Shown: positions 52,478 to 62,740 of the stretch, piece by piece
Position numbering within the stretch: position 1 is the stretch's first letter
Layout: the number at the start of each line of letters is the position of its first letter
Assembly (NCBI GenBank): GCA_040766985.1
Contig: JAXGPL010000011.1
Coordinates: forward strand, 24,095 to 88,094
Source: Bacillota bacterium
GTDB lineage: Bacteria; Bacillota; Sulfobacillia; JAUYEG01
Length of the DNA: 64,000 nt
Direction of reading: 5' to 3'
The notes under the pieces: model-generated
Databases searched by the model: none
Seen by the model: only the letters and a program-made list of their open reading frames with translations
Told to the model about the DNA's origin: nothing
Made by a program: the position numbers and the translations under genes

Positions 52478-54500
52478 GTGTCGAACTCAGGCAGGTCTTT
52501 TTTTGATAGCGGCTTTATCGACGAGGTGCGGGCAGCCGTGGACATCGCCGAAGTCGTCGGCGAGACCGTTGCCCTCAAGCGGCAGGGGCGCAACTACCTT
52601 GGCTTATGTCCGTTTCACTCGGAGAAGACGCCGTCATTCACTGTTTCCCCCGAGAAGCAGATTTTTCACTGCTTTGGCTGCGGCACCGGGGGAGACGTCT
52701 TTAGTTTTGTGGCGAAGCGGGACGGCCTGTCATTTCCGGAAGCCGTGCGTAAGCTTGCCGAGCGGGCAGGTATTCGCGTGCCTGAGCCTGATCTCACGCC
52801 GGGCGAGGCCAAGCGGCGCTCTGAACTGGACCAGTTGCGCAACGTGCTTGAGATGGCGTCGGCCCAGTACCGGCGTTGGCTGTGGTCGGATGCGGGGGCG
52901 CAGGCACAGCAGTTCTCGAGCGGCGCGGGATTCGAGCCGGGAGACGCTGGTGCAGTTCGCGATCGGCTGGGCGCCGCCGGGCTGGGACGGCCTGGTCAAC
53001 GCTCTGGGCAAGCGGGGCGTTACTGCGGAGTGGCTCGTGCGGGCCGGGCTCGCGAGCGAGGCCGAGGACAGGCGGCGGGTGTACGATCGCTTTCGGTCGA
53101 GGGTTATGTTCCCGATCTGGGACCAGCGCGGCAGGACGGTGGCCTTTGGTGGCCGGATCCTGCCCGGCTCGGCCGATGAGGACAGGGCGCCCAAGTACCT
53201 CAACTCACCGGAAACCGAGATTTTCGTCAAGGGGCGCCAGCTTTACGGCTACCATCTGGCCCGCGCGGCGATCCGTGAGATGGGACGGGCGGTTATCGTC
53301 GAGGGTTATGTGGATGCGATGACGTGTCACCGTGCCGGTTTCCGTAACACAGTCGCGTCCCTTGGTACGGCCTTGACCGTTGCGCAGGGGCGGATGCTGA
53401 TGGCCCAGACGCGCCAGGTGCTGGTGGCTTACGACGCGGACGCGGCAGGGCAGGGCGCGACCGTGCGGGGGCTTGACGTGCTGACCAATCTCGGCGCCGA
53501 TGTGCGGGTGGTAAGGCTGCCCGAGGGCAAGGATCCCGACGAGTGCATCAGCCGCGGCGGCCCGGAAGCGTTCGCGCATGCAGTGGACGGAGCGCAGGAT
53601 TACGTTGTGTACCGGTTCGACCTCGCGGCGAGGGAGGCGGCGGCCCGTTTTGGCACCGGCAGCGCGCGCGCCTCGGCGGCCATCGCCGCCGCGATTGCGC
53701 CAACGCTTACCTCGTTGGACAGTGCGGTTGCGAGGGAAGCATATGTCCAGCAGTTTGCCCGCTCCCTCGATGTAAGCGAGGCGAGTCTTTGGGCCGAGTT
53801 GCGCCGGGCGGTACAGGCGGAGCGAGCGGGCAGGCGGCGCGTCCAGGTGGTACGCCCGGGCGACCGCGGCGGGGCGGCGGCCGAGGAGTCCAGGACGCCC
53901 GCCCGCCAAGGGCATAACCCCAGCTTGGGCAGGGATAATAAAGGAAATACTGGGACAGCGTTACTTGGGGGGCCGGCGTACCGCAAGGCCCAGGAGCAGT
54001 TGATTGGGCTGATGCTGGTCGATCCTGAACACATGGCGCAGGTGCAGGCCAAGCTAAAGCCGGATGAATTCCCCGACGAGGCGTGTCGCGGGATCGCGCG
54101 GGCCCTTTTCCAGATGGCGGCGACCGGGACCTTGGCGGGATCAGCCGGCGCGGCGGGCGGCACGGGCGGGGCGAACGAAGCCGGCGGGGCGAACGGAGCG
54201 GGCGACACCGCTCGCCACCAGCTTCTCCGGGTGCTGGAGTTGAGTGGCCAGGCGGAGGCGGCGGCCCTGTTGACCAGGCTGCTGATGGCCGAGGGCGTAC
54301 CGGCGCCCGAGATCCGTGGCCGCGTATGCAGTGACTGCATACGGTTTCTGCAGGAATATAGCAGGAGTAATAGAATTAGCGAAATCCGACAGGAAGTACA
54401 ACGAGCCGAACGGGAAGGGAGAGCAGTACCGACTCGCCAGCTTGAGGAACTCTCAAGACTGATCCGCGAGAGCAAGGGGAACTCTTCGCCGACCGTCTGA
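52478..54500 (+). CDS. dnaG: DNA primase (indel(s) near 52915-52935)
   Basis: CPFH...CFGC zinc finger, [35 protein letters not shown]. Confidence 0.93.
54350..54378 (+). promoter_or_regulatory. sigmaH-type promoter inside the dnaG 3' end, upstream of sigA
   Basis: GCAGGAATA-N11-ATAGAATTA, an AT-rich patch in GC-rich coding DNA. Confidence 0.6.
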
Positions 54501-54578
54501 CGTATAGAGTACCATCCCGGTCCGACCGTGGTGGACGGCCCACTGGATCACGGAAGCGCTGAAGGGGAACTTCATCTG

Positions 54579-55697
54579 ATGGATTCGAAGGTCTTGAGTG
54601 CGGAGGGCGTAAAGGAGCTGCTTTTGCGCGGCAAAAAGCGTGGCGTCCTGACCTATCAGGAGATCATGGACGTCCTGCAGGCCGAAGACCTATCGCCCGA
54701 GCAGATAGAGGAAATCTACGATAAGCTCGCCCAGATGAACGTCGAGGTTGTCAACGACCTCGCCGAATCTGAGCGTTTGCGCAAGGATGACGGACAGACG
54801 GACGGCGAGACCGCCGAGGAAGAGGAAGAAGAGGACGCGGCCGGCGAGATAGCGGTGCCGGAAGGCATCTCGACCGACGACCCCGTTCGGATGTACCTCA
54901 AGGAAATCGGGCGCGTGCCGTTGCTGACCGCCGAAGACGAAGTCAGTCTGGCCAAACGCATCGAGGCGGGCGACGAAGAGGCAAAGCGCCAGCTCACTGA
55001 GGCCAACCTGCGTCTCGTCGTGAGCATCGCCAAGCGCTATGTCGGACGCGGCATGCTCTTCCTGGACCTGATCCAGGAGGGCAATCTAGGCCTGCTCAAA
55101 GCGGTCGAGAAGTTCGACTTCCGCAAGGGCTTTAAGTTCAGCACCTATGCGACCTGGTGGATTCGCCAGGCTATCACGCGGGCTATCGCTGACCAGGCGC
55201 GGACGATCCGTATCCCCGTGCACATGGTCGAGACGATTAACAAGCTGATCCGTATCTCGCGCCAGTTGCTGCAGCGGCTCGGCCGCGAGCCGTCCGCGGA
55301 GGAGATCGCGACGGAGATGGGGATTACCGAGGACCGCGTCCGCGAAATTATGAAGATCGCGCAGGAGCCGGTTTCCCTGGAAACCCCGATCGGCGAGGAA
55401 GAGGACAGCCACCTCGGCGACTTCATCGAGGATCAGGATGCCCCGGCGCCTGCCGAGGCTGCGTCGTTTTCGCTGCTCAAGGAGCAGCTTGAGGAAGTGC
55501 TGGGCACGCTCTCGGACCGCGAGGAGAGGGTGCTGCGGTTGCGCTTCGGACTCGACTACGGCCGGCAGCGGACGCTAGAGGAAGTCGGCTACGTATTCGG
55601 TGTGACGCGCGAGCGGATCCGTCAGATTGAGGCCAAAGCGCTGCGCAAGCTGCGCCATCCGACGCGGAGCAAGAAGCTCAAGGACTATCTGGACTAA
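54579..55697 (+). CDS. sigA: RNA polymerase primary sigma factor SigA
   Basis: [47 protein letters not shown]. Confidence 0.97.
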   Translation: MDSKVLSAEGVKELLLRGKKRGVLTYQEIMDVLQAEDLSPEQIEEIYDKLAQMNVEVVNDLAESERLRKDDGQTDGETAEEEEEEDAAGEIAVPEGISTDDPVRMYLKEIGRVPLLTAEDEVSLAKRIEAGDEEAKRQLTEANLRLVVSIAKRYVGRGMLFLDLIQEGNLGLLKAVEKFDFRKGFKFSTYATWWIRQAITRAIADQARTIRIPVHMVETINKLIRISRQLLQRLGREPSAEEIATEMGITEDRVREIMKIAQEPVSLETPIGEEEDSHLGDFIEDQDAPAPAEAASFSLLKEQLEEVLGTLSDREERVLRLRFGLDYGRQRTLEEVGYVFGVTRERIRQIEAKALRKLRHPTRSKKLKDYLD

Positions 55698-55757
55698 AGA
55701 CGGCGACGCAGGTCGGTTGATAGCCTTCGGTTTCGGTGCAGAGGTAAAGCTCAAAGT

Positions 55758-55788
55758 GCCCCCCCGCGGACGGCTCGGGGGGCTTTTT
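55758..55788 (+). terminator. intrinsic terminator after sigA
   Basis: GCCCCCCCG...CGGGGGGC followed by TTTTT. Confidence 0.7.
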
Positions 55789-57127
55789 GATGAGGGGGGC
55801 GGCGGATGTGGGGACGCATCGGCGGCCGGGCGAGGACCGGCAGCGCTTGTTTTACGGCTACTGGATAGTCGCGGCAACCTTTGTCATCCAGATGCTCGTC
55901 AACGGTTGCGGGATGTACGCGTTCAGCCTGTTCGTCAGGCCCCTTGAAGTCGCCTTTGGCTGGACGCGTGCCGGGATAATGCTCTCGCTCGTCGTTTACA
56001 ACGTTGTAACGGCGGCCGCGTCACCGGTCATCGGGCGGATCGTTGATCGCTACGGGCCGCGGCGTGTGATGGCCGTCGGAGCGCTGACCATGGGCGGCGG
56101 GCTGGCGGCCCTCAGCATGGCCACACAGCTATGGCACTACAACATTGTTTGGGGCTTGGTCGGCTGCGGTGTGTGCGCGACGGGATTCATCCCGACGACC
56201 GCGCTCCTGTTCAAGTGGTTCAACCGGCGCCGCGGCCTTGCGGTCGGGATCATGGGCGCGGGCATCGGGACGGGCGGGTTCGTGATGTCACCGCTGATCG
56301 GCGGGCTGCTCATCCCGCGCCTCGGCTGGCAGGGAGCCTTCCTAGCCCTCGGCGCGGTTGTAGCCGGAGTGTGCGCTCCGCTGGCCCTGCTGGTGGTGCG
56401 TTCCGAACCGGCCGAAGTCGGGCAGTTCGTCGACGGCATCGCCCCGGAGGACTCCGAATCGCCGGCGGCCAGTACCCGGGAGCGTGCGGGGGCAGGAGGA
56501 GCCACGCTCCCGGAGGCCCTCCGTACGCCGTCCTTCTGGCTGATGGCCGGCTCATTCACCCTCTTTAGTTTTGCGATGAACGCTATCTTCCAAAACCAGG
56601 TGCCGCACCTGCAAGATATCGGTTTCCCGGTTGCCGCTGCCGCGTCTGCCCTGTCCGCGGTCGGCATTGGCAGCGCAGTCGGCAAGCTGGCGTTCGGTTG
56701 GGTGTGCGACTGGCTGCGACCGCGGTACGTCTTCACCTTCGGGGTGCTTGTCCAGTTGGTGTCCGCCGTCATCTTGATCAGCATCCGGGCCCAGTCTTCG
56801 TTGGCCCTGATCTGGACGTATGCCGTGCTCTACGGCATCGGCATCGGGTGCTGGCCGATCATGAGCATGGTCGTCAGCGACACGTTCGGGCTGAGGCACT
56901 ACGGGGCCGTCTACGGGGTGCTTAACTTGATCCACCTGCTCGGCGGTTCCGCGGGCGCTCCGTTCGCGGGCTATGTGCACGACACGACGGGCAGCTATCA
57001 GCTGGCCTTCGCGGTCTTCGTCGCAGCGTTCGCGCTCGCGGTGCCGATGATCGTGATGAGCGGGCGGACGCGGGCCGGGGTGGCAGGGCGGTCGGCGCGC
57101 GAAGGACAGGTCATCGGCGGGCGATAG
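55787..57127 (+). CDS. MFS transporter (OFA/MCT-like)
   Basis: 12 TM pattern, GRIVDRYGPRR motif A, WFNRRRGLA. Confidence 0.85.
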   Translation: MMRGAADVGTHRRPGEDRQRLFYGYWIVAATFVIQMLVNGCGMYAFSLFVRPLEVAFGWTRAGIMLSLVVYNVVTAAASPVIGRIVDRYGPRRVMAVGALTMGGGLAALSMATQLWHYNIVWGLVGCGVCATGFIPTTALLFKWFNRRRGLAVGIMGAGIGTGGFVMSPLIGGLLIPRLGWQGAFLALGAVVAGVCAPLALLVVRSEPAEVGQFVDGIAPEDSESPAASTRERAGAGGATLPEALRTPSFWLMAGSFTLFSFAMNAIFQNQVPHLQDIGFPVAAAASALSAVGIGSAVGKLAFGWVCDWLRPRYVFTFGVLVQLVSAVILISIRAQSSLALIWTYAVLYGIGIGCWPIMSMVVSDTFGLRHYGAVYGVLNLIHLLGGSAGAPFAGYVHDTTGSYQLAFAVFVAAFALAVPMIVMSGRTRAGVAGRSAREGQVIGGR

Positions 57128-57360
57128 GTGGGCGTTTCCATCAGGGCCGACGTTTCCACTGCCGTTTTGTGCCGGCGTGGCTATGCCATGTGGGTAGGGA
57201 GACCATCTTTTCGCCCGCAAACCACTGGCGGGCTGCCCACAGCCGTTGCTCGCGCTCCGGCTATCGACAGCCCGCCTACAACACCCGCCGGCGGCGGCGG
57301 TTGCCCGTCGGCCCGCCCCGCAGTGTTACAGTCCTTAGGGCAGATCCGGTTCGGTCAAGT

Positions 57361-57992
57361 CTACTTCAGGATGTGAATCCACTCGCCGAACAGGAACTGC
57401 AGCCGCCCGATGAACAGGCTGATCCGGGCCATGACCGTGGTCCCGAAAGACGCCCCGAACCCGATCATCATCGCCCATTTGCCGACTTCGCTTGTGGCCA
57501 TCAGGACGCGCTTTAAGCCCTGAACAATGCCCGGGTCCGTCGGATTGATCCGCGCGGTCACGGTGAAGAAAAAGTACGTCAACGTGCTCGCGACGCACAC
57601 CACGAAGATCACGTTGTTGACGCTCGTCAGAGGGAGCATCGTCGCACGGACCTGGCGCATGAAGTTGGCGTCAAGCTGGCCGGTGATGGTGACGGCGCCA
57701 GCGACAGATCATGAACGACAGCGGATCCGGCTGGTCCAGGCGATCTTCGGAAACCAGCGCGCCAACAACAGAAGGCCGCCGCCAAGGGAAAAATCGGCCA
57801 TAGCTTGGAGCCGCTGAGAAGTTGCACCGCCATCTCCTGGATGTTTGTAAAGCCCATGACCGGAAAGGTGCGCGCCGTCAGGCCAATCAGCAAGTGCTCG
57901 GTGATCCTAAAGAACGCGTTCTCCTTATAGAGGTAGCTGTACGCTCCTATGGTCGCCAGGGCCGCAACCCATACGCCTACGCTCTGGCTCAT
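57361..57992 (-). CDS. uncharacterised multi-pass membrane protein, gene 4 of the DUF6754-like operon (indels ~57700-57800)
   Basis: MSQSVGVWVAALAT..YSYLYKEN.FFRI.EH...; C-terminal YFFFT...GFGASFG.TVMARISL.IGR.QFL; ATGA overlap with gene 3. Confidence 0.7.
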
Positions 57993-58815
57993 GCGGTAGC
58001 CCTCCCTGTCCTGGCGCCTTGCACCACGAAGAATAGGACGTTGCTGATGATCATCAGGACAACAAAGTAAAGGTGGCCGATCGATTGAGCGTCCATCGCC
58101 GCTATGCCTTACCCGGCGTCTTGGCCAGGTATTCGTACTCTGCTGCACCGGCCATGCCTCCGAGAAGACCCTTGAGCTGGCCGGAGGACAGGAATACGAG
58201 GTGGCCGACAATGCCCGGGCCGACCGTGCCGACGATGGTCGGTGTGCCGAATTTGGCCTCGATCTGGCGGATGAACCACCATCCTGCGTCGCCGGAGGTG
58301 AACGCGGCGCAGAGATCGATGTCCTGGATCCCGCTGATGCCATCCATCAACGGCAAGTCCTCTATCGGCGTGTTGTAGTAGTCGGTGTCATACATGCCGC
58401 GTAGGTCCTCGCCCAAGGCCTGGACGGCGGTCTCCTGCCCGGCGCGGTAGGGCATCAGCACGATGTCGGAGCCGTAGACGTACCCGTAGTCGGGAGCGAC
58501 CTGTTTGACCAGCCGGTCGCCGTACATGACGCCCTCGGGCACCAGGGTGACAATGATGATCTTGTGGCTGTTGGCCATCAGGTGCTTTGCGATGGCAAGG
58601 GTCTGGGGCCAGTTTTCAGCTTCGCTCGCCGGAGCCACGTCGGCGCAGATGATCGCGGTCGAACCGGCCGGCAGTGAGTCCACGAACTCATAGGCCATGC
58701 GGGCAGGGTCGCCAACGCGCAGCGGGAGGCCCAGCGGTTTATACAGCGGCAGCATGATGCTCACCACCAGGATCACGTAAAGGAAACGAACGTCAAGGTG
58801 CAGCAGCCTATTCAT
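57989..58815 (-). CDS. uncharacterised membrane-anchored protein, gene 3 (indel near 58105)
   Basis: N-terminal TM, globular alpha/beta domain, SGQL.GLLGG..GAAEYE; frame correction adds MDAQSIGH plus a C-terminal TM ending at the ATGA overlap. Confidence 0.7.
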
Positions 58816-59438
58816 TCACCGACACCCCCCAGGTGCCCGCGCTCGAGGCCGAGGATCACGCGCATGCTCAAGGCGGTCATGCCCAGCGCCGCGCCAATCG
58901 TGATTCCGCGGAGGGCTGCGGTGTTCGGTATGTCGAGCAGCCACGCGGAGATCACGGGGATTTCTGACCACATCGCGTAACCGACGCCCACGCTGCCGAG
59001 CATAACGATCATGCCCGACGCCAGAAGAACCGCCGACTGCGCGTTGCGCACACGGAACGCCCGCCAGGTTGCACTGGTCATGTAAAAGACGGTCGTCGAG
59101 TACCACGTCGCGCTCAACGGCTGGTAAAGGTTGTTCCAGAAGAACTGGTACGCCGGGTGCTTGGGCGATGCCAGAAGGCCAAGCCCAAGGTAACCGTATA
59201 GGGTAACCAACAGCAGCAAGCTGTACGGCCAGTACGCCCGCCGTTCGCGCGTCCTGGTCAGGTGGATGCGGGTTAGATTGCCCATCCCGAGGGCCAGCGC
59301 GAAGGCCGCCAGGATGATCCGCCAGCTGACAAGCTCCCTGCTGATGGTGCCTAGCGCGGGTACATTGAAAAAATAGTCAACGAGTACGATGCCGCCGGCG
59401 ACCATGCCGATCCATACCGGCAGCTCTTTTCTCAGCAT
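58812..59438 (-). CDS. uncharacterised multi-pass membrane protein, gene 2
   Basis: about 6 TM, RAFRVRN, RGITIG.ALG, R.ILGLER; GGAGG RBS. Confidence 0.75.
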   Translation of the reverse strand: MLRKELPVWIGMVAGGIVLVDYFFNVPALGTISRELVSWRIILAAFALALGMGNLTRIHLTRTRERRAYWPYSLLLLVTLYGYLGLGLLASPKHPAYQFFWNNLYQPLSATWYSTTVFYMTSATWRAFRVRNAQSAVLLASGMIVMLGSVGVGYAMWSEIPVISAWLLDIPNTAALRGITIGAALGMTALSMRVILGLERGHLGGVGE

Positions 59439-59478
59439 GTTCTAACCCTCCCATGTGCCTTCGGAACTCGCCGGGCGG

Positions 59479-60240
59479 TCATTTCTTGATCAGATCAACC
59501 AGCAGGTTGCTCTTTGCCGTGACCAGGATCGAGCCAAGCACGATCAGGCCCACCGCCAGGTACTTGCCCATCTCCTGGCCGACCAGGAAACCTACCTGCG
59601 CCGGGTTCTTGGATAGATAAGCGCCCGCGGCAAAGATCTCCTCGCCGATCAGCGAGTAGTCACAGCACGCGACAAAGAACGGAAGCTGGTGGGTGTTGGC
59701 TGTGCCCGAGATCTGCAGGGCGCCGACGACGTTGCCGGCCTCGGCGAAGATTAGCGATTCGTGGTAGTAGTTGCCGAACATGAACGTGGCTGCGACCCTC
59801 TCGCGCTGCAGGATGCCGAGCACGGCTGCGCGCAGCGAGGTGTCTGCCAGGTATCTTACGTCATCGGGGTTGTAGGATTCCTCGCGTCCCACCTGACGGT
59901 AGGCGCCGCGGATGATTTCCTCGGAGATCGGTTGGGTTTCCGGTAAAGCGTTACAGACGATCATCCTGGCTTCGTGTTTGGCAACCTGCTCTGCGCAGTA
60001 GCGCATGACCTCGAACGCCGCGAAGGTCTGAGCATCAAGGGCGCCGGTGGGCTGGATGAATGCCGCGGGGCGGCCCATTTCAGTAATGCGTCCTACGGCC
60101 TCGTCAATAGCATCAAGACCTGGTAGACGACGGATGGGAAGATTGCCGGTGCGGCGGAACTTATGAATGGCTTGCCAGGCGACAGCCAGGAGCAGAACGA
60201 AGACAACGAGTACGGAGAGCCGTCCGTCTCTGATGATCAA
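59479..60240 (-). CDS. DUF6754-like membrane protein, gene 1
   Basis: AAGGAGG-TTG start; IRRLPGLDAIDEAVGR.TEMGRP, QLPFFVACCDY.LIGEE.FAAGAYLS motifs recognised from memory. Confidence 0.72.
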   Translation of the reverse strand: MIIRDGRLSVLVVFVLLLAVAWQAIHKFRRTGNLPIRRLPGLDAIDEAVGRITEMGRPAAFIQPTGALDAQTFAAFEVMRYCAEQVAKHEARMIVCNALPETQPISEEIIRGAYRQVGREESYNPDDVRYLADTSLRAAVLGILQRERVAATFMFGNYYHESLIFAEAGNVVGALQISGTANTHQLPFFVACCDYSLIGEEIFAAGAYLSKNPAQVGFLVGQEMGKYLAVGLIVLGSILVTAKSNLLVDLIKK

Positions 60241-60375
60241 GGGGTTTCCTCCTTCGTGCGGGCAAGAGCCGCCGAATAATGATTGTCCGGTCTCAACTGG
60301 GTAATCACAGCGTCGGCCACGACGTGCACGACACTGACCACCGCGCTGCTCGTCCCCCCTGGGCTTGGCAACGGC

Positions 60376-60450
60376 AATATAGTCAGGATCATCCCGGCTA
60401 AGGTGATCGGGCCCGTCCTGGTAAAATGTGGTCAGGCCCATCCCGGCTAA
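60376..60450. repeat. pair of 26-bp direct repeats (22/26 identical, 49-bp period)
   Basis: aatatagtcaggatcatcccggctaa (60376-60401) and aatgtggtcaggcccatcccggctaa (60425-60450). Confidence 0.8.
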
Positions 60451-60538
60451 TGAAGGCGACTCACCCCCCAAGGAAACCGATTGGTATCTGCGTGCGCTTT
60501 GCCGGGCTAGCTCCTTCCCGGGCGCATGAGGGTAATAG

Positions 60539-60797
60539 AAAACCCCAGCGGCACATCCCTCGCACACAGGCCGCCTAGCCCTGTGGCTGGAAACCCTCCC
60601 GCTGGGGTTTTTTATGCCCACGGTGTGGCGGGTTGGATCCTGGCCGGCCCAATCTATCGATCGGGCCGCGAACCGCTGCCATTCTCTCCGGCAGCCTGCC
60701 TCGCCTGGCGCCGCTCGGACCTGTCGCTCAACGCTGCATCGCGCCTTTGCACTTCGGTGCGATGCCCGGCCGCCGAACCCAAGGCGCCCTTCCAACC
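60539..60797 (-). ncRNA. putative structured cis-regulatory leader RNA with terminator-like stem
   Basis: closing stem GGUUGGA/UCCAACC, three internal hairpins, then a 13-bp stem AAAACCCCAGCGG/CCGCUGGGGUUUU. Confidence 0.5.
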
Positions 60798-60945
60798 AGT
60801 GAAACCTACCCTCTACCCGCCCCTGCGCAGCTGGTCCGCGAACGGGCAGGTATTAGTCCCAAATCTACAGTCAGGACCAGCTACTGTCGCTTCCGAGGGC
60901 AAAAAGCACGAAACCGTGTGTGTTCGTCAATTGCGGGGCGGGGTG

Positions 60946-61046
60946 GTGGGGGTGTCTGGAAAATTCAACCATGTCACCAAGCTCCAGTGTTGCGCCGTCA
61001 ACACCCCCGATGTGGGGGTGTCTGAAACTTCAACCATGTCATCAAG
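60946..61046. repeat. two ~36-bp direct repeats separated by 30 bp
   Basis: GTGGGGGTGTCTGGAAAATTCAACCATGTCACCAAG and GTGGGGGTGTCT-GAAACTTCAACCATGTCATCAAG. Confidence 0.85.
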
Positions 61047-61231
61047 TGCAGATTGTGTGCGATTATGCTCAGGAGGCCAGGTTTGTGGAAACCGTGATCT
61101 CGAACGACCACAAAGGCGCTTTGAGGTCGTTTGGGAGCACACGTCTTGCGAAATGAGGATCGGGAAGGTACAGGTTTCCAAGAAAGTGTGCTCTGCGCGA
61201 CCATATCACATCAGCGAAGCACACGCTGGCC

Positions 61232-61317
61232 TTGTGGTAGATTCGCGGTTCGGCATATAATGTTTGGTGTTGATGTTCGGTGTTAGGTTGCCTTAGCGGC
61301 ACGAAGTGGTTTACAAT
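61232..61317 (+). promoter_or_regulatory. tandem sigmaA-like promoters of the tRNA gene
   Basis: TTGTGG-N18-TATAAT and TTGCCT-N18-TACAAT. Confidence 0.45.
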
Positions 61318-61334
61318 CGGTTTGCGTGTTTGAT

Positions 61335-61409
61335 TCCTCGCTAGCTCAATGGTAGAGCATCCGGCTGTTAACTGGAGTGGTTGACGTTCGAGTCGTCCGC
61401 GAGGAGCCA
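61335..61409 (+). tRNA. tRNA-Asn (GTT)
   Basis: acceptor TCCTCGC/GCGAGGA, D-arm GCTC/GAGC, anticodon loop CT-GTT-AA, TTCGAGT T-loop, encoded CCA. Confidence 0.9.
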
Positions 61410-61416
61410 GTATACC

Positions 61417-61455
61417 AGGGCTTTGGTGAGGGAAACCCGCCAAAGGCCCTTATTA
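61417..61455 (+). terminator. hairpin after tRNA-Asn
   Basis: AGGGCTTTGG...CCAAAGGCCCT followed by TATTATT. Confidence 0.45.
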
Positions 61456-62740
61456 TTGTCCAAGCGCGCACCGTATCCCGAGCCTGTCTATCCACTGTGG
61501 GCCTGGCAGGCCAATGTAGTCATGCTTGGGCAATCCATTTACCTTCTGGAAGCAAGCCCCTAGACACAATGGAAGGGCCGCCCCTTCGCTATGACGTAGG
61601 TTATCGGGGTTCGCGAGAGCGGAACTCGACAACTGGCCGCAGACTAGCCCACTCAACTAGGCAAGTCGAGCCGCACCGGGAACCGGCGGGCGCGGACACG
61701 GTTAGGGAGAAACTCTCGTGGTTCCTATGATAAGGCGTCAAGCCCGGAACTCACGCACACTTAGACCGAGGCAGAAAGCTCCCCGACGGATCAGAGTCAT
61801 GCGTTACCCAACACGCGAATATCAGGCTGATCCACCGTCGTAACGCCCCGCCCGCCTGCCGTTGCTGGCGCGGTGCGGAACAAAGAATAGGCGTAGTCAC
61901 GTGCCTCTTGACACGGCCCTTCCATATCAGGAGCCTGTCTCCTTTCGAGAAGGAGGTTCGGTACCGTGAGCCCAGGACCGGGCGCGGCTTCGGTGGCCTC
62001 TTCCTTGAGGGCTGCGGTGCTCCCTTGCGCGCTATCTGTAAGAATATGTCGAGCAATAGTGTCTCCCGCCCCTTCACTGCTATATGGCATATGATATGCA
62101 GAGTTGGGCCAACTTCTCCAGGAAACGTATTGGTGCGTCCAGGGCTTGCCAATAGGTGTAACTGCCAGCGGGGGATGTCTCTCCCACGGGCGAAACGCAG
62201 AATGGGTTGCTCCTCAAAACAGCCCCAGCCCTGCGGGACGCTATCATGGACGGTTGTGTGCCATTCTCCCTGACTGTTTGTCATCACGGAGTATTGGAGG
62301 AAAGCCCTGGAGGAAAACGAGTTGCATGCCCTGCAGGCACGGCATGGCCTACGCGTATACCAGATCACCGGGCGAGCGATTGAGAGGATGTCTGGCGTGA
62401 GAGCCACATTCGGGCGTTACTCCAGATAGCCGCAATGATCTCTTCGACAGTGCCAAGCTTGATGAGATGCTGAGCGCAATGGTGTTGACTTCAGGGGCGT
62501 CTATCGAGGCTCGGGTCTTCGTTCCAACAGAAGCTTGAGCGCCCTGCGTCTGACGGACTGGTGTTTCTGGCCGACCCGTCGCAGATGAACATCTCGTCTC
62601 CAATCCGAACCATGACTTCATGCCGGGGGTGTATTGAAGCTAGAGAACCTCGGGCTCGTGCCTCGGTAAGTCCGGGTCGCTTACCATAGGACGGCTGACG
62701 CGGGGTAGTTGACCCAATGCAGAGTTCGCCAGCACGGTTC

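Noticed and set aside
52900-52940. Programmed frameshifting in dnaG, ppdK or glyS
   Set aside because: No slippery heptamers or stimulatory structures seen; the window-wide indel pattern points to sequencing error
59479-60795. 438-aa version of the DUF6754-like ORF
   Set aside because: The N-terminal ~184 codons cross hairpins and repeats; a strong AAGGAGG-TTG start lies at 60240
60630-60810. Cobalamin or lysine riboswitch assignment for the leader
   Set aside because: Only fragments (CACUG..GGAAGG, GCCAGGA) resemble the B12 box; the upstream GGGAA core and the lysine AGUA/GCCGAA motifs are not in place
60946-61046. CRISPR array call
   Set aside because: Only two imperfect repeats, no third copy at the 66-bp period, no cas genes in the window
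60526-61260. 244-aa plus-strand ORF in the intergenic region
   Set aside because: No recognisable domain or RBS; overlaps regulatory structures; likely spurious
61460-62740. Intact genes between tRNA-Asn and the IS3 end
   Set aside because: Only short interrupted ORFs without recognisable motifs; left unannotated
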